A DNA stretch of 64,000 bases. Source: an uncultured Holophagales bacterium. GTDB lineage: Bacteria; Acidobacteriota; Thermoanaerobaculia; Multivoradales; UBA5704. This document shows, piece after piece, positions 25,871 through 37,254 of this stretch. The notes beneath the pieces were generated by a model. It was not told the DNA's origin, ran no database searches, and saw only the letters and a program-made list of their open reading frames with translations. The translations under genes and the position numbers were made by a program. Within the stretch, counting starts at the first letter, position 1. Each line of letters starts with the position of its first letter. The DNA lies in NCBI GenBank assembly GCA_963842525.1, contig CAWJGT010000009.1:672001-736000 (forward strand), read 5' to 3'.

Positions 25871-26224
25871 AGAGGCCGTCGGCTCTGGCGGGCGGCGTGG
25901 CCTCATAGGGTTAAGAGAGGTGCGACTCGCCGAGGGTACATTCTGCGGCTTCGATTGCGCCCGAATTCCCACTCCCGAGGGACTTTACGGGGCTGAACGA
26001 GCGGACAGCCGCGTCGTTCCTCACAAGGGCTTCGTAAGAAAGCGTAGTAATCTCCAGAAGAGCCCGCGTATGGAAGCTCGTACCCTGGCAAGGCCGGAAG
26101 GTTGGGGGTCAAGAGACACAAGCTGATCACGAAGCGCACGCGAGAGAGCTTCCAGGGCAAGTCTGAGCTCTTCACACAGATGGGCCAGGGCTGTGGCCCT
26201 TTCGATCAAAATGCTGTCTGCCTG

Positions 26225-27160
26225 CTAGGAGGCAAGGGCCGCCTGCACCAGGGCGGCAGTCTCCCGAGCGTTCAGCAGGCCCTTCACGATCCCTGTGGAG
26301 GCTTCGAGATGGCGGACACAGGCAAGTGAGGAAATCTCGGCTCCGAGTCTCCCGGCGAGCTGCTGCCAACTCTCCACGAATCGGGTGAGGGAGGTGGCCT
26401 CTGGCGCCTTGCCGAGTGCCTTCAGCAGCATCCTGGATTCGGTGTGCACATAGCGGATCGAGCTGTGGACCTTTTCCACGATTTCCACCTGCTCCAGCAC
26501 GGTCTTTGGACGTCGCGCCTCCCGGTCAATGTCCTGGGCTAACCGATCCGAAAACTCCTGGCGATCGCGGATGTCCTGTTGGCGACGATGTTGGGCATTG
26601 CCGGCGAACAGGCCTGGCAATGCGCTCAAGTCACCACTCAGTAGATCGCCGGCGCAGCTCCGCAACATCTCAGCGTAGTCATGGATCTCGGCAAGTTGGC
26701 CCTGCCCGGTGCTACGTGAGCGCCATCCAGGGAGTCGCTGATCGAAGAGCCAGTGTGCCGGGAGCTCAACGCGCAAGCGCAGCTCGTCGAGCCTCTTTCT
26801 CACCATGGCTGGCGTCTCGCCAAGTTGGTTCTCATCTCTGGAAAGTGCTGCCCGCATTCGATCGAGCTCAGCAGCCCATTCCGGTTGTTCCTCTACGTCG
26901 CCGGTCTTGAAATAGATCTCGATGGCTGATCCCCACTGAATCCCCTGGACGCAGATCGCGAGCTTGGGCCCCTGGAAACGAGCGCCGAAAGGCTCGCGGT
27001 TTTCAGAGAACACCAGAGGCCCTACGGTGAATCCGTAATCTTCCACTAGATACTTGAATTCTCGATGGCAGGCTCTCTCGAACTGACCGGCGGATGGGCG
27101 CAGATAGGACATCCACACATCATATCGTCCCCCGTCCAGCCGAATGGCGATGCCACTCAC
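26225..27160 (-). CDS. Hypothetical protein
   Basis: 311-aa ORF with protein-like composition in a lower-GC region; start uncertain. Confidence 0.6.
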   Translation of the reverse strand: MSGIAIRLDGGRYDVWMSYLRPSAGQFERACHREFKYLVEDYGFTVGPLVFSENREPFGARFQGPKLAICVQGIQWGSAIEIYFKTGDVEEQPEWAAELDRMRAALSRDENQLGETPAMVRKRLDELRLRVELPAHWLFDQRLPGWRSRSTGQGQLAEIHDYAEMLRSCAGDLLSGDLSALPGLFAGNAQHRRQQDIRDRQEFSDRLAQDIDREARRPKTVLEQVEIVEKVHSSIRYVHTESRMLLKALGKAPEATSLTRFVESWQQLAGRLGAEISSLACVRHLEASTGIVKGLLNARETAALVQAALAS

Positions 27161-27211
27161 CCCTCCCGCGGAGTGAATTGTTCTGAATTGAGCAGCCGTG
27201 ATGAATCCAGG

Positions 27212-27680
27212 CTACGGCCGCTCGCTCATCGCCATCCGGTCGAGAAAGAGGATGGCGTCAAACACCCGTTCCCATCGGGTCTTCATCTCCTTGTACCCGA
27301 TCGGGCGGGCGATCAGGGGCTCCCGAAGCCATCCGGGCAGGCGGCCGGTCCGGCTGAGATCGAGAAAGGCGTACGGCAGGCCGGTGCGGTGGAAGAGATC
27401 CTCCAGGGAGCCGGCGCTCGGTTGCAGGAGCTCGATAGGCTGGCGCTGGGGGACCGAGCCGTACCTGCCCTGGTAGGCGAGGACCGCGACGGTGTACAGC
27501 TCCTCGCCCAACTCGCGTCGGGCCACGGCGCCCATCGGTTGCAAGGTGCGGTAAAGCCGGGTGTGGACCGCCGACGGGACATCGATCCCGGCGACCTCCC
27601 GGGCGGCATGGCCGCTCGCTGCCCAGACCACGATCTTGCGGCCGGCCGGCGGGATCTCGCCGTTCTCGTAGCGACCCTCG
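27212..27680 (-). pseudogene. 3' fragment of an erythromycin esterase-family gene
   Basis: RKIVVWAASGHAAR...MGAVARRELGEELY...GSLEDL...FDAILFLDRM; the 5' part is replaced by the duplicated protease tail. Confidence 0.7.
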
Positions 27681-27715
27681 ACGAAGGTCTTGGACGGCCG
27701 GCCGATCAACGCTAA

Positions 27716-28573
27716 GGGCTCGTCACGAAATAAGTGTCTCATCTGCGGGCTCTCTCGCCCCGGGAAGTCAACGCCGTCTGACGACTGCACCAAAGGTGCG
27801 GCGCGACGCTGGGAGCGCTGGCGTCTCGCCAGCATCATCAAGACAGCGGGCCGAAAGCCGGCCTTCTGGGAAGAACGGCGGGAAGCGAGGTGGGGGTTCG
27901 GGCTGGCTGCGGAGGCCCATCGCCGGCCGCCGTGGCCGCGGGGAGTGTGGGCCGGCGGGACGCCGGCGCTCCCAGTGGGCGATGGCTCGGCCCTTGCGCC
28001 GAAGACAACTGCATGGACGTTCCCCGCGGTGACACGAAGTGGTCCCGCGGGACCAGCAAGATGTCCCGCGGGACCAGCTCCATCCATCGCGGGGAGTCGA
28101 ACCGCTGCCGCGGCGGTGACAACGCCCACCGCGGGACCAGCTCCATCCATCGCGGGGAGTCGAACCGCTGCCGCGGCGGCGACAACGCCCACCGCGGGAC
28201 CAGCTACAGCCACCGCGGGGAGTCGAACCGCTGCCGCGGCGGCGACAACGCCCACCGCGGGACCAGCTACAGCCACCGCGGGGAGTCGAACCGCTGCCGC
28301 GGCGGCGACAACGCCCGCCGCGGGACCAGCTACAGCCACCGCGGGAAGTCGAACCGCTGCCGTGGCAGCGGCAACGCCCACCGCGGCAGCAGCTCCATCG
28401 CGGGGAGTCGAACCAGTCCGCGGGACCAGCAGGACTGCCGGCTTCCCGCCCTAGATCCTACACTCCCGCTCAGCATGACACGATAGACCGGGCTCTGCCG
28501 TGAGAACCTTCCTGGATCGCTGGCGAGCTTCTTTGGAAGACCGAAACTGCGACACTTATTTCGTGACGAGCCC
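27716..28573. mobile_element. Non-autonomous element with ISAzo13-type ends (858 bp)
   Basis: IRs GGGCTCGTCACGAAATAAGTGTC(T/G)CA (27716-27741 and 28548-28573, 25/26 match), flanking TAA duplication, no transposase. Confidence 0.88.
28045..28430. repeat. 63-bp tandem repeat (3 x 21-bp subunits), about 6 copies
   Basis: CGCGGG(G/A)AGTCGAACC at 28088, 28151, 28214, 28277, 28340 and 28399. Confidence 0.92.
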
Positions 28574-28725
28574 TAAGATCTGGTTCTTCTACGGCGCGCT
28601 GTCGGACGTGGAGTACGATCTGAGAGTGACCGACACGGAGACGGGCGCTGTCCGCACCTACCACAACGCGCCAGGCAACCTCTGTGGGCACGGCGACACG
28701 AGCGCGTTCGGCGACTGAGGTACGT

Positions 28726-28954
28726 GGAAGCGATCCAGAAAATTTGGAACGCATCCAGAGTCACGCGGGATCGATCCAGAAAATTTGGAACGCGTCCCAG
28801 GTTTCGTGGAAACGCTGCAGAAAATTTGGAACGCGTCCAGATTTTTTGGAACCGGTCCAGAAAATTTGGCAGGCGTTGCAGGTTTTTTGGAATCGATCCA
28901 GAAAATTTGGAACGCGTTCCCCATCATCCGAAATCGCATCCAGAAGATCCGTAC
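28726..28954. repeat. 41-bp-period tandem repeat array, second copy (6 units)
   Basis: Cores at 28734, 28775, 28816, 28856, 28897 and 28939. Confidence 0.9.
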
Positions 28955-29208
28955 CGGCTCTGCAGCCGGCCGCCTCTTGGGAGGGGCCGGGCCAGCCTCG
29001 ACCGGCTCGTAAACTTCGCCTCCGCCTGGTCCAGATAGACCTGGAGGCGCAGCATCTCTGCCTGTTCGGCGGAGGAAAGAGCAGAGGCGTACTTTTGTTC
29101 CCCGAGCTCCGCGTAGCGGTCACGAGCCTGTCTCTCGATATCCTCCGCCGCTTCCGGATGTGCCAAGTGGGGAGGTGCGTACGTCTTTATTGCTTTCCGT
29201 GAGCTCAT
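28924..29208 (-). CDS. Small hypothetical protein (3' end uncertain)
   Basis: ATGA overlap with the hydrolase stop; helical composition; the C-terminus runs into the repeat. Confidence 0.45.
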   Translation of the reverse strand: MSSRKAIKTYAPPHLAHPEAAEDIERQARDRYAELGEQKYASALSSAEQAEMLRLQVYLDQAEAKFTSRSRLARPLPRGGRLQSRYGSSGCDFG

Positions 29209-30041
29209 AACTTGTCCTGCTGGCCGCCGCGAGTAGCAGGCGCACCAGCCACCACCCCCGCCACCCGCTCCTCCAACCCCGGAAACACATTGTGGCTCGC
29301 CTCCGGCACTTCGACGAGCTTCGCCCCAGCCGCCGCGGCGAGCTTCCGGCCCATGCGGATCGGGACCACCTCATCCCGGGTGCCGTGGAGGATGACCACC
29401 GGACAGCGCACGCGGCCGATCTTGGCCAAGTTGTCGTAGCGGTCCGCCACGGCGAAGTTGGCGAGGGGACCGGCGATCCTCTTGCCCATGTCGACCATGG
29501 AGGTATAGGGGGAAACCAGGATGAGTTGGTGGCAGGGATGGCGGACGGCCAGCTCGGTGGCGATGCCTGAGCCGAGGGAGCGGCCGAGGAGGACGATCCG
29601 CTCCGGCGGGATGCCTGCGGCCTGGAGCGCCTTCAGGGCTCCTTCTCCGTCGGCGTAGAGGTTCGACTCGGTCCTCTTGCCTGGAAGGCCTCCGAAGCCT
29701 CGGTACTCGGCCAGGAAGACGTCGAGGCCCCGGTTGAAAAGCTCTTCCGCGAAGTCCAGGTTCTGGGCCGCCGATTCGGCGTTGCCGTGGAAATGGACCA
29801 CCAGCGGCGCTTGTGATCCCGGCCTCTGGAAGAGGGCTCCCTTCAGCGGGGCTCCGTCCGTTGCCTGGTAGTCCACGAGGCGGGCCTGCGGGAAGCGCCG
29901 GGCCAGATCGGCTTCCGACGGAAAGCGCACCGGCGAGCCGGGATACATCATGGAGCGGGAGATCAGACGGAGAAAGCCGGTCAGCAGGAGCAGGACAACG
30001 AGAGCGACCAGGGCGAGCAGGACCGGACGGGGAAGCGTCAC
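29205..30041 (-). CDS. Alpha/beta hydrolase (Bem46/ABHD-like) with an N-terminal anchor
   Basis: HFHGNAE, EYRGFG, GRSLG nucleophile, HGTRDEVVP and ASHN motifs; GTG start before a hydrophobic helix. Confidence 0.9.
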   Translation of the reverse strand: MTLPRPVLLALVALVVLLLLTGFLRLISRSMMYPGSPVRFPSEADLARRFPQARLVDYQATDGAPLKGALFQRPGSQAPLVVHFHGNAESAAQNLDFAEELFNRGLDVFLAEYRGFGGLPGKRTESNLYADGEGALKALQAAGIPPERIVLLGRSLGSGIATELAVRHPCHQLILVSPYTSMVDMGKRIAGPLANFAVADRYDNLAKIGRVRCPVVILHGTRDEVVPIRMGRKLAAAAGAKLVEVPEASHNVFPGLEERVAGVVAGAPATRGGQQDKL

Positions 30042-30074
30042 GGCGGCAATTCTATCCGCGCTATGCTCCCGCGC

Positions 30075-31286
30075 ATGGACTTCACCGTCCCCGAGCGGAT
30101 CCAGAGCCTGGCGTCCAGGCTGCGCGACTTCCTGGAAGAGGAGGTCGTGCCTCTGGAGCGGCGGCTCTTTGCGGAGGGCTTCGGCGCGATCCAGGGCGAG
30201 CTCGACCGGCTGCGCGCGCGGGCTCGGGAGATGGGGTTCTCGGTTCCTCATCTGCCGCGGGAGCAGGGCGGGGCCGGGTTGTCGCTGCTCGAATTTGCCC
30301 ACTTGAGCGAGGTGCTCGGCCGCAGCCCGCTCGGTCACTACGTGTGCAACTGCCAGGCTCCCGATGCCGGCAACATGGAGCTGCTGCTCACGCAGGGATC
30401 GGAGGAGCAGAAGGAGCGCTGGCTGCGGCCTCTCGCCCGTGGCGAGATCCGGAGCTGCTTCGGGATGACCGAGCCCGAGTTCGCCGGCTCGAATCCGGTC
30501 TGGATGGGGACGACGGCCCGCCGGGAAGGTGACGACTACGTCGTCGACGGCCACAAGTGGTTCACCTCGTCGGCCGAGGGCGCGGCGTTCTGCATCGTCA
30601 TGGCGGTGACCGATCCCGCGGCGCCTCCGCACGGGCGGGCCAGCATGATCCTCTTGCCGTGCGATGCGCCCGGGTTCGAGCTGGTGCGCAATCTGCCGGT
30701 GATGGGCGAGGCGGGCGCTGGCTGGATGAGCCATGCCGAGATCCGCCTCCAGGGGGTGCGCGTCCCGGTCTCTCACCGGATCGGCGAGGAGGGTGGTGGG
30801 TTCGCCCTCGCCCAGGAGCGGCTCGGGCCGGGCCGTATCCATCACTGCATGCGCTGGATCGGCATCTGCGAGCGGGCTTTCGACCTGATGTGCTTCCGCG
30901 CGGCGTCGCGCGAAATCTCCCCCGGCGAGCCGCTCGGCACGCGGCAGATCCTCCACGCCTGGATCGCGGAATGCCGGGCCGAGATCGACGCCGCCCGCCT
31001 CCTCGTCCTGCGTACGGCCTGGCGCATCGACCACGAGGGAGCCCACGCCGCCCGCGATGACATCTCCCTGATCAAGTTCCAGGTCGCGGGGGTGCTCCAG
31101 AACGTGCTCGACCGGGCCATCCAGATCCATGGCGGCTACGGTCTCATCGACGAGGCGCCTCTCGCCTACTGGTGGCGGCACGAGCGGGCGGCCCGCATCT
31201 ATGACGGTCCCGACGAGGTCCACAAGACCTCAGTGGCCCGCCGCATCCTCTCCCGCTACGGGATGCAACTGGGGAAAAAGAAGTAG
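30075..31286 (+). CDS. Acyl-CoA dehydrogenase
   Basis: NCQAPDAGNMEL, FGMTEP, GHKWFTS, AQERLGPGRIHHCMR and RIYDGPDEVH motifs. Confidence 0.95.
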   Translation: MDFTVPERIQSLASRLRDFLEEEVVPLERRLFAEGFGAIQGELDRLRARAREMGFSVPHLPREQGGAGLSLLEFAHLSEVLGRSPLGHYVCNCQAPDAGNMELLLTQGSEEQKERWLRPLARGEIRSCFGMTEPEFAGSNPVWMGTTARREGDDYVVDGHKWFTSSAEGAAFCIVMAVTDPAAPPHGRASMILLPCDAPGFELVRNLPVMGEAGAGWMSHAEIRLQGVRVPVSHRIGEEGGGFALAQERLGPGRIHHCMRWIGICERAFDLMCFRAASREISPGEPLGTRQILHAWIAECRAEIDAARLLVLRTAWRIDHEGAHAARDDISLIKFQVAGVLQNVLDRAIQIHGGYGLIDEAPLAYWWRHERAARIYDGPDEVHKTSVARRILSRYGMQLGKKK

Positions 31287-31296
31287 GCAGGCTGGA

Positions 31297-32691
<1,395 letters not shown>

Positions 32692-32808
32692 GGGTGCCTA
32701 TCTTATAACCTGGGTCGGGTCCGCGGGCGCTCCGGCCTCAACCGTCCGGCCGAGACAAAGTGCCCGGCTTCTTGACTCTGGTATCCTTCTCCCGGAGGTT
32801 CCGCGCAG

Positions 32809-34080
32809 ATGTATATCGAGCGCTTGCGGCTCCGGAACATACGACTCCTCGCAGGACAGGAATTTTCCTTCCTCAGGGAGGACGGGACTCCCCGACCCTG
32901 GACCGTGATCCTCGGGGAGAACGGGGTCTGCAAATCCACTCTGCTCCAATCGATCGCCCTGGCGGCCATGGGGCCGAAGCAGGGCACTCCCCTCGTCGAG
33001 GATTCTCAGCGCCTCCGCAATCTGAATAACACCAAGCCGGCCTCGATCGATGCGATGTTGCGTTCTCCGGATGGAGAACGCTTGCATTCGTCATTGCTGA
33101 TCGAGCCCGACCGCTACGACCTCGTGGAAGGAGACGATCCGTCCGGAGCGCGGTATCTCGACACGGTGCGCGGCCATCGTCGGCGCCAGTGGTTCATCGT
33201 GGGCTACGGTGTGGGCCGGTTCCTGCCGGAGCCGGGCGAAGGTAAGCTCCCGCGGGATCCCACCATCCACCGGGTCCAGGGCCTCTTCAACGCCCAGCAC
33301 AAGATGCTGGGAATCGAGTTCTACACTGCATTGCGCGATCCGCGGCTCGCCTCCCATTTCACAGGCTGTCTGCGCCGCGTCCTCGGAGCCCAGGATTTCT
33401 CTGGCGAGCATCTCCTCCCAGGCTTCCTCGACATCCACCTCGATGTCCAGCCAACCCCACCGATCATTCAATCGAACGCGGTCGAGCTGTGGGTCGGCGA
33501 ACACCCCCTCCGGCTGCCGGCAAGCTGGATGTCGGACGGCTACCAGGCGACTCTCTCCTGGATCGCCGATCTCCTTGGCCATGCCGTGCTGGAGTTGGAC
33601 GAGGAGGCCGACCCCGAGGAGTTGGAAGGTATCGTCCTGCTGGACGAGATCGATCTGCACCTGCACCCAACATGGCAAAGGCGGATCGTCCCTCTTTTGA
33701 GACAGGTCTTTCCCAAGCTTCAATTCATCGTGACCACCCACTCTCCTCTGGTCCTCGCCAGCTTCGATCGCGAGGAGATCATCGCTCTCAAGCTCCAGGG
33801 TGGAGAGGTCGTGCAGGACGCGGCAGGCATCGAGCCCGGAGTCCTCACGGCATCCGAAATCCTGACCAACTTCTTTGAAGTCAACCGGGCGGGCCGGCCG
33901 GAGCTTGTCGAGAAGGAGCGCCGGTATCTGGCGCTGCGGGGCCTCAAGGCTCCCGACAGCCGGCAACAGCAAGAGATCCGGGAGCTCCAGCTCGATCTCA
34001 AGCCGTATTGGACCTCGGCAGGCCCTTCAGAGGACGAGGAGCTCCTCTCCCCCGAGGAGATCCTGAAGCGCGGAGCATGA
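32809..34080 (+). CDS. ABC/SMC-like ATPase (AAA_21), PtuA-like
   Basis: GENGVCKST Walker A, MSDGY signature, LLDEIDLHLHPTWQ and TTHSP. Confidence 0.9.
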   Translation: MYIERLRLRNIRLLAGQEFSFLREDGTPRPWTVILGENGVCKSTLLQSIALAAMGPKQGTPLVEDSQRLRNLNNTKPASIDAMLRSPDGERLHSSLLIEPDRYDLVEGDDPSGARYLDTVRGHRRRQWFIVGYGVGRFLPEPGEGKLPRDPTIHRVQGLFNAQHKMLGIEFYTALRDPRLASHFTGCLRRVLGAQDFSGEHLLPGFLDIHLDVQPTPPIIQSNAVELWVGEHPLRLPASWMSDGYQATLSWIADLLGHAVLELDEEADPEELEGIVLLDEIDLHLHPTWQRRIVPLLRQVFPKLQFIVTTHSPLVLASFDREEIIALKLQGGEVVQDAAGIEPGVLTASEILTNFFEVNRAGRPELVEKERRYLALRGLKAPDSRQQQEIRELQLDLKPYWTSAGPSEDEELLSPEEILKRGA

Positions 34081-34856
34081 TCCGGATCGATCGCACCGGC
34101 ACACCCTGCCCCGACAAGCTCCGCACCGACGGCGAAAACGACCTGCTGCGGTTGCGGGGGTTTCATCCCAAGGTTTTCAAGAGCGCCGACTTCGACGGGA
34201 AGATCTATGGTACGGACGAAGTCAAGGCCTGTCTCTGGACCATGCAGCACGGCAAGTGCTGCTATTGCGAGCACCCATACGAGCGGAGGTACTCGGACGT
34301 CGAGCACTTCCGGCCGAAGGCAGAGGCCGTCCGGGACCGTCACCGGAAGGAGGGCGGCTACTGGTGGCTCGCGTATCGATTCGACAATCTCTACTTCAGT
34401 TGCAACGCCTGCAACCGCTCCAATAAGAAATCGAAATTCCCCTTACGAGCTGATGCGCGCGCTTTGGTTGCGGAAGAAGACCCGCAGAAGGTCAAAGAAA
34501 ACGCACTTCTGATCGATCCCGGCTTCGACAATCCCGAAGAGGATCTGACGTTCGTCTGGATAGAAGACGAACACCCGGGGAAGCGCGGCTACCAGATTGC
34601 TCCGCTCAACCTGTCGGAGCGAGGGGACAAGACCATCAGGGTGCTCGGCCTCGACCGTGACGATCTCACCCGCAATCGCCAAAACTACTACCGGCTGCAC
34701 CTGCAGCCGCTTCTCAAGCGGTTTGCTCAGGCACAGGCGAATGGGGATCCGGAGGCTGAGGAGATTCGCCAGGAAGCGAGGGCTCTGACCGCCCCAAACG
34801 CGCCCTACGTCCTGCTCGCCCGTGTGGCTCTGCGCACCATCCTGGAAGTAGCGTGA
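34077..34856 (+). CDS. HNH endonuclease, PtuB/TIGR02646-like
   Basis: ATGA coupling with the ATPase; [32 protein letters not shown] and LLIDP. Confidence 0.9.
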   Translation: MIRIDRTGTPCPDKLRTDGENDLLRLRGFHPKVFKSADFDGKIYGTDEVKACLWTMQHGKCCYCEHPYERRYSDVEHFRPKAEAVRDRHRKEGGYWWLAYRFDNLYFSCNACNRSNKKSKFPLRADARALVAEEDPQKVKENALLIDPGFDNPEEDLTFVWIEDEHPGKRGYQIAPLNLSERGDKTIRVLGLDRDDLTRNRQNYYRLHLQPLLKRFAQAQANGDPEAEEIRQEARALTAPNAPYVLLARVALRTILEVA

Positions 34857-34860
34857 GGCC

Positions 34861-35976
34861 ATGAGCGGGCCCAACACCGCGGCCTCTCTGGACTCGTCCC
34901 GGCCGGTGCGTCCCGGCGAGGAGCTGGACGCCGCGCCGCTGGAGGCCTGGCTGCGCGAGCACGTGCCCGGGCTGCCGGACGGCCCCCTCGGCCATCTCGC
35001 GATCGAGCAGTTCCCGGGCGGGCACTCGAACCTGACCTACCTGCTGCGGCTCGGTGGCACCGCGGACCCCGCAAATTACCGGGAGCTGGTGCTCCGCCGT
35101 CCGCCCTTCGGGTCCAAGGTCAAGACCGCGCACGACATGGGGCGCGAATACCGGGTGCTCTCGCGCCTCTGGACTGTCTATTCCAAGGCGCCTCGGGCCC
35201 TCGCCGGCTGCGACGACCCGTCGGTGCTCGGCGCCCCGTTCTACGTGATGGAGCGGGTGCGCGGCGTGGTCCTCCGCCACCACAAGGCCCCCGCGGGGGT
35301 CGACCTGACGCCCGAGACGATGCGGCGCATCAGCCTCTCGGCGGTCGACGGCCTCGCCGAGCTGCACGCCGTGGACTACCAGGCCGCGGGACTGGGCGAT
35401 CTCGGCCGTCCGGCCGGGTATGTCGAGCGCCAGGTCACTGGCTGGGCCGAACGGTGGCGGGGCTCGCGGACCGACGAGGTCCCGGACGTCGACCGCGCCT
35501 TCGCCTGGCTCGCCGGGCATCTGCCGCCGGAATCCGGAGCGGCGTTGATCCACAACGACTACAAGTACGACAACCTGGTCCTCGCGCCCGATCTGTCCAG
35601 CATCATTGCTGTCCTCGACTGGGAGATGACGACAATCGGCGACCCGCTGATGGACCTCGGCACGAGCCTGGGCTACTGGATGAACGCGGACGACGATCCG
35701 GCGCTGCGGTCGCTGCCGGCCGGACCGACCACGCTCCCCGGCAACCTCACCCGGGCCGAGGTGGCCGCGCGTTACGCCGAGTTGAGCGGCCGGGACGTGT
35801 CGAAGATCCTTTTCTATTACGTCTATGGGCTCCTCAAGATCTCGGTGATCGCGCAGCAGATCTACTACCGTTACAAGCAGGGGCTGACGCACGACGAGCG
35901 CTTCGCCGCGATGATCGGCTCTGTCCGCCTCCTCGGCCGCCAGGCGGTCCGGGTGATCGACACGGGGGAGATCTAG
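34861..35976 (+). CDS. APH-family phosphotransferase (ACAD10/11 N-terminal-like)
   Basis: [37 protein letters not shown] and GDPLMDLG. Confidence 0.93.
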   Translation: MSGPNTAASLDSSRPVRPGEELDAAPLEAWLREHVPGLPDGPLGHLAIEQFPGGHSNLTYLLRLGGTADPANYRELVLRRPPFGSKVKTAHDMGREYRVLSRLWTVYSKAPRALAGCDDPSVLGAPFYVMERVRGVVLRHHKAPAGVDLTPETMRRISLSAVDGLAELHAVDYQAAGLGDLGRPAGYVERQVTGWAERWRGSRTDEVPDVDRAFAWLAGHLPPESGAALIHNDYKYDNLVLAPDLSSIIAVLDWEMTTIGDPLMDLGTSLGYWMNADDDPALRSLPAGPTTLPGNLTRAEVAARYAELSGRDVSKILFYYVYGLLKISVIAQQIYYRYKQGLTHDERFAAMIGSVRLLGRQAVRVIDTGEI

Positions 35977-35982
35977 ACGTCC

Positions 35983-37242
35983 ATGCCTGCCCCCGGTCCC
36001 GCCGCGGAGCTCTATGCCGTCCTCCGCTTCCATCTCCATGTCGGAGCACGGCTGGCCCTGCGGGCGCTGGCGCCGGTCGTGGCGGCGGCGGTGGGCGGGT
36101 TCATGCTCCTGGGCAACGATTTTGTGAATTCCTTCTCGCGAGTGCTTTTCGGCCCGGGATCGGAGGGCGGCTCGGGCATCCTGGTCGCCTTGGCCTGCCT
36201 GGGCTTCGCCTCCAGCGCCACGCCGCGGGTCTGCCGCGGGCTGGACGGCTGGCTGCGCCATCTGCCGATCGCCGGCCGGGCACACCGCCGCGCCGCCGCG
36301 CTGGCCATTGCAGTGACCCAGATGCCGTTGCTGATCGGGCTCGCGGCTCTCTCCTGGGTCGCCTCGCGAGGGGGCAGCGCGTTCCTGGCGGACCTGCTCG
36401 GCCTGACCGTCTGCGCCCCGGCGATGGCGCTGCTCGCCATGCCCACCGAGCGCCGGCTCCTGACCCGCCTGTTGGCCTTGGCTGCCGCGATCCTCGCGGT
36501 CTCCGGCGGCTGGATGCTTCTCGGGTGCGGAGCTCTCGTGCTCATTGCAGCCGACCTCTGCGCCGGCGCTCTGAGCCCCCTCCCCCTGGCCCCCTCCCCC
36601 GCTAGAGCGGGAGAGGGGGAACGTTTCCTGGAAGTGCGGATTGCGTGGCGGGCGCTGCGATGGCGGCTGGTGAGCGCTTATCTGCTCGGCCTCCTGCCTC
36701 TCGGCGGCGCTGGGCTCTTCGTGGCGAACAATCAGCTTCGGCCGGAGCACGTGCGGCTTGCCGCCCTGCTCGGCGGTGGCTGCGCCGTCGTCTTCCTGTT
36801 TGCCGACCTGGGCGAGGTGTTGGGGGCGCGCCGCCCCGCCTGGCCGTGGGCTCGGTCACTCCCCTGGTCCGCCGGCCGGAGGGTGCTCTTCGACGCCGGC
36901 TTCCTGGCCGCCCATGCCCTGCCTCTGCTCGTCCTGACCGCGCGGATCGACCTCCTGAGCGCCCTGGCGGTCGTGGCGACCGTTCCGTTCCTGTCGGCCC
37001 GGGCCGCAGGGGCCATCCGCCGGGCGCCGGAGCGGCGGACCGGCGCCTCGGGGGAGATCCTGATCGAGGGATCGCTGCTCGCCGCCGCGGTCGCCCTGCT
37101 CCCCTGGATCTGCCTCCTCGCCCTGCTCGCCACCCCCTGGGCTGTGCGGGCCGCAGCGGAGCGGGAGCGCCGCCAGAAGGTCAGCCGGTGGCTGGAGCTG
37201 CACCACCTCGCGGTCGGCGACCCGCAGTCCTGGAGCTCCTGA
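35983..37242 (+). CDS. Multi-pass membrane protein, probable ABC permease
   Basis: About 12 hydrophobic segments; upstream of the ABC ATPase; carries an in-frame REP-like insert at 36576-36620. Confidence 0.75.
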   Translation: MPAPGPAAELYAVLRFHLHVGARLALRALAPVVAAAVGGFMLLGNDFVNSFSRVLFGPGSEGGSGILVALACLGFASSATPRVCRGLDGWLRHLPIAGRAHRRAAALAIAVTQMPLLIGLAALSWVASRGGSAFLADLLGLTVCAPAMALLAMPTERRLLTRLLALAAAILAVSGGWMLLGCGALVLIAADLCAGALSPLPLAPSPARAGEGERFLEVRIAWRALRWRLVSAYLLGLLPLGGAGLFVANNQLRPEHVRLAALLGGGCAVVFLFADLGEVLGARRPAWPWARSLPWSAGRRVLFDAGFLAAHALPLLVLTARIDLLSALAVVATVPFLSARAAGAIRRAPERRTGASGEILIEGSLLAAAVALLPWICLLALLATPWAVRAAAERERRQKVSRWLELHHLAVGDPQSWSS

Positions 37243-37254
37243 GAGGCCCCGTCG

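Larger units (their letters stand above)
27681..28954 (+). repeat. Diverged direct copy of 16591-16963 (protease 3' end plus 41-bp array), interrupted by an IS-like element
   Basis: 27681-27715 and 28574-28954 align to 16591-16963. Confidence 0.9.

Noticed and set aside
27690-28486. 21-aa repeat proteins encoded by the 63-bp array
   Set aside because: Several frames on both strands are open simply because of the repeat; none has a convincing start or RBS, so no CDS is called.
32809-34856. ATPase-HNH pair as a type I-A retron
   Set aside because: No RT gene and no room for msr-msd; the upstream gap is only ~117 bp.
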